From Candidatus Cloacimonadota bacterium (GTDB lineage: Bacteria > Cloacimonadota > Cloacimonadia > Cloacimonadales > JAJBBL01): a stretch of DNA of 37,690 nucleotides. Location: the NCBI GenBank assembly GCA_020532365.1, contig JAJBBL010000052.1, positions 1 to 37,690 of the forward strand. Reading direction: 5' to 3'. Under the pieces are notes generated by a model. That model worked only from the letters and a program-made list of their open reading frames with translations, did not search any database and was not told the DNA's origin. Shown in pieces: positions 35,108 through 37,690 of this stretch (the stretch's first letter is position 1; each line of letters begins with the position of its first letter). The position numbers and the translations under genes are program-made.

Positions 35108-37690
35108 CTATTTACCCTGTTTGGTGAACCACTCACCTAAAATATTTCTAACCTCGATAGGTGACTCGACTTTAATTACTTTTGTCGGAATGATATCTTT
35201 GAAATACTCCCCATACTTTTTAGAGTAGAGGCGGCTATCCAAAATCAGCACAGCACCCTTATCACTCTGTTTTCTAATCAATCTACCGAATCCTTGTCTA
35301 AACTTAAGCATTGCGTTAGGGAGGGTAGAAAACTGAAAGGAGTTTTTACCATCTCGCTCTAATTTCTCGTGTAAAGCTTCCACTATCGGCTCTGAAGGGA
35401 CTTGGAACGGAAGTTTGAAGATGACTAAGAGTGACAATGAATCACCCGGCACATCAACCCCTTCCCAAAATGAACTTGTTCCTAACAGCACCCCTTTACC
35501 ATTTTCTTTAAACTCACTGATAGTGGTAGTACGGCTCGCCCCTTTACCTTGTGCCAAGAGGAGTATGTTATTCTGATACATATCATCGTTAATACTGTTA
35601 TAAACTTCATTTAAGTCACGGTATGAGGTGAAGAGGACGAGGCTACCCCCTTTATTCAGTTTTAGTGATTGTCGGAGCAGTTCAATACTCTGTTCAAGGT
35701 AATATTTATCGGATGGTTGTGGCAGGTAGCTGGTTGCAATAACTCTTGTTTGGAGGTCGTAATTAAACGGGGAGTGGATAATCATCTCTTGAACCTTTTT
35801 ATCTGTTATTACATCGAGCCCCATCCTTTGTTTAAAGTATTTAAAGTTATTTCTAAGTGACAGTGTTGCCGAAGAAAAGATAATGGTGTCTATCGCTCCA
35901 TAGAGTAACTTATTTAGTAAGTCTGAGACGTCTAAGGGGGCGTAGTTTAGTATACCGGTAGCGTTTTGTGTATCGCCGAAAGTGAACGAATTAGCCCAGA
36001 GCGCGTGGTTTTTAAAGTCTGCCTCTTTGAGTGTTGTAAGAGTTGCAGTCAGCTCAGCTGCAGTTTCCAAAACGCTGTTTAGTCGGTCTTGATGGTCATC
36101 GTAATCGGCTAAATGGTTACGGTCGACTCTGTTTAAGAATTTACTTAAAGATTCAACTTTTGCTTCCAAAACCTTCATCTCGTTAATCATCTGATCCAAG
36201 CTATCTCCGAGATCATTGCTTATCGCTTTATACCTCAATTTTCCATAGTTACCCTGTTTTTGGACTATTTCCCCTAAGTTTGCAAAGATATCAAAGAAAG
36301 ATAATTTATAGTCTTCCAAGAGCTCTGTTAAGCCTTTTATATCTGAGAAAAAAATCCCTTTCTTATCCTCTTGGATAAGCCCACTCTTTTGGATGTCAGC
36401 TCTGAGAGTGGGGAGGATGCCCGACTGCAGTTTTAACCGTTGATTGATATGGAACATTTGGTTAAAGAGGTTTCCAAAGTCGCTATACGCCAAAGAAGAA
36501 CCAAGGTAGTTAGGTGCCATATCGGGAAGGTTATGTGCCTCATCAATAATCAAGTAGTTATCCACTTCGGCATCAAACTTATCATTAATAACGTCGGTTA
36601 GCATTAGTGAGTGGTTAACTATGATCAGGCTGGAGGCTTGAGCTGCATTTCTTACTTTTCGGTAGTAGCAGTTTCGGTTATCCGGGCAGTTTTTACCGAA
36701 ACAGAAGTGTCTATCGGAAGATAGCCTCTTCCAGATAGCTGAGTAGTTTTTACGGATACTACTTCCAGACTCACGGTAGAAGGAGCTGTTTTCTGAAATA
36801 TCGCCTGTTTTAGTGTATCTTTGCCAAACGGGGAGGTAGACGTAGTTCTGTATTTCATAAGGGTTTAGGAGCATAACATATTGTCTACTCAGCTCTTTCC
36901 ATTTTCTCAGGCAGAGGTAGTTTTCTCTACCTTTGAGCATAGTGGCTTGGAACGGTAGATGAGTCGAGTTTTTGATGACCGGCAAGTCCTTATAGAAGAG
37001 CTGTTCTTGCAAGTTTTTGGTATTGGTTGAGACGTAGACTCTTTTCTCATTGAGGTAAGCAAACTTCAAAGCTGGCACGAGATAGGCGAGTGATTTGCCG
37101 ATACCGGTGCCTGCTTCTACGATCAAGTATTCTTTATTTTCAAAGGCGCTCTCAACCCCTTTTGCCATCTCTACTTGTCCTTCTCTATACTCATATTCAT
37201 CGATATGTTTGCAGAAAAGCCCCTCATTTTCAAAGCACTCATCAACGAAACTATCCTCAATCTCTTCTTTCTCGACCTCTTTCGCAATCACAGTCTCGGC
37301 ATACTCTATTTCGTCCTCAATAAACTCCGCATAGGGAGTATAGTCGTTACTATTTATTACATTATGTGATTTATTGAACCCGAGACTTGCCGCGTATGGT
37401 GACGCAAAGAGTTTCAGGTAGTCGTTAGCTTTGTTAGAGATTAGAGCGTATTTACGTTGATATCCGATGATTCTCTCTATATGATCAGGCATAGTGGCAC
37501 CTTGTTCAAGATTATTCGAGATTTCTAAGATGGTGTTGTTGAGCTCAAAAGGTATGTATTCAATAATAAAATCGGTCAGTTTATGGAAGATTTGGCCTGT
37601 TATTCTGGCGTCAGCGGTAGCTCTATGGTATTCTGTCTCTTCGAGTTGAAATCCAGTGGCAACAGTTTCCAATTTATGGTTATTTAGGAA
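35108..37690 (-). CDS. dinG: DinG-family ATP-dependent helicase with an N-terminal DnaQ-like 3'-5' exonuclease domain; 5' end lies beyond the window
   Basis: The frame is open to position 37690 (FLNNHK precedes the track's start). Exo III motif YHRATADA; helicase motifs EAGTGIGKS, DEAHNL and a C-terminal QGFGRLIR. Four cysteines (CLRKW...HFCFGKNCPDNRNC) fit the FeS-type XPD/DinG fold. Confidence 0.85.
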   Translation of the reverse strand, partial: FLNNHKLETVATGFQLEETEYHRATADARITGQIFHKLTDFIIEYIPFELNNTILEISNNLEQGATMPDHIERIIGYQRKYALISNKANDYLKLFASPYAASLGFNKSHNVINSNDYTPYAEFIEDEIEYAETVIAKEVEKEEIEDSFVDECFENEGLFCKHIDEYEYREGQVEMAKGVESAFENKEYLIVEAGTGIGKSLAYLVPALKFAYLNEKRVYVSTNTKNLQEQLFYKDLPVIKNSTHLPFQATMLKGRENYLCLRKWKELSRQYVMLLNPYEIQNYVYLPVWQRYTKTGDISENSSFYRESGSSIRKNYSAIWKRLSSDRHFCFGKNCPDNRNCYYRKVRNAAQASSLIIVNHSLMLTDVINDKFDAEVDNYLIIDEAHNLPDMAPNYLGSSLAYSDFGNLFNQMFHINQRLKLQSGILPTLRADIQKSGLIQEDKKGIFFSDIKGLTELLEDYKLSFFDIFANLGEIVQKQGNYGKLRYKAISNDLGDSLDQMINEMKVLEAKVESLSKFLNRVDRNHLADYDDHQDRLNSVLETAAELTATLTTLKEADFKNHALWANSFTFGDTQNATGILNYAPLDVSDLLNKLLYGAIDTIIFSSATLSLRNNFKYFKQRMGLDVITDKKVQEMIIHSPFNYDLQTRVIATSYLPQPSDKYYLEQSIELLRQSLKLNKGGSLVLFTSYRDLNEVYNSINDDMYQNNILLLAQGKGASRTTTISEFKENGKGVLLGTSSFWEGVDVPGDSLSLLVIFKLPFQVPSEPIVEALHEKLERDGKNSFQFSTLPNAMLKFRQGFGRLIRKQSDKGAVLILDSRLYSKKYGEYFKDIIPTKVIKVESPIEVRNILGEWFTKQGK

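Noticed and set aside
37090-37369. Three overlapping plus-strand ORFs (64-79 aa) inside the dinG region
   Set aside because: They are antisense to the helicase frame and Ser/Leu-rich, with no start signals.
1-37690. CRISPR arrays, IS elements or transposases, prophage or defence-island signatures, and in-frame TGA (classical selenoprotein) genes
   Set aside because: I saw no spaced direct repeats and no transposase- or integrase-like ORFs other than the Xer-type recombinase. I saw no pair of same-frame ORFs split by a single TGA. Gene content is overwhelmingly core metabolism and maintenance.

Overview
This is a compact, low-GC (about 40%) bacterial chromosomal segment, apparently from an anaerobe. 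About 35 tightly packed genes are mostly housekeeping: recO, a CCA/poly(A)-polymerase family enzyme, pyrG, queE, a Xer-type recombinase, lspA, a DksA/TraR protein, a purine nucleoside phosphorylase, uvrB and a DinG-type helicase. Transport genes include NatA/NatB-like, MsbA-like, MATE, MgtE-like and MscS-like proteins. I see no CRISPR array, transposase, phage block or recognisable defence island. The most unusual element is a 95-nt tRNA gene at 880-974. It folds like a selenocysteine or class-II tRNA (long variable arm, 4-nt D loop, 6-bp anticodon stem, G73 plus encoded CCA) but carries a cysteine anticodon, GCA. Its anticodon loop is CTGCAAA, where E. coli selC, as I recall it, has CTTCAAA. 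Other points worth a second look: (1) a tightly coupled minus-strand trio of ferredoxin-fused EtfA (no EtfB in the window), a COG0402-type amidohydrolase and QueE; (2) a NuoE-like/NuoF-like pair plus a roughly 1150-aa fusion of 2Fe-2S, GltD-like and NuoG/FdhA-like modules, resembling Stn/Nfn-type flavin-based electron-bifurcating enzymes; (3) a perfect 22-bp-stem palindrome in a 585-bp ORF-free spacer next to the Xer recombinase; (4) two paralogous stand-alone diiron ferritin-like proteins. All product calls come from motif recognition by eye; no database search was run.
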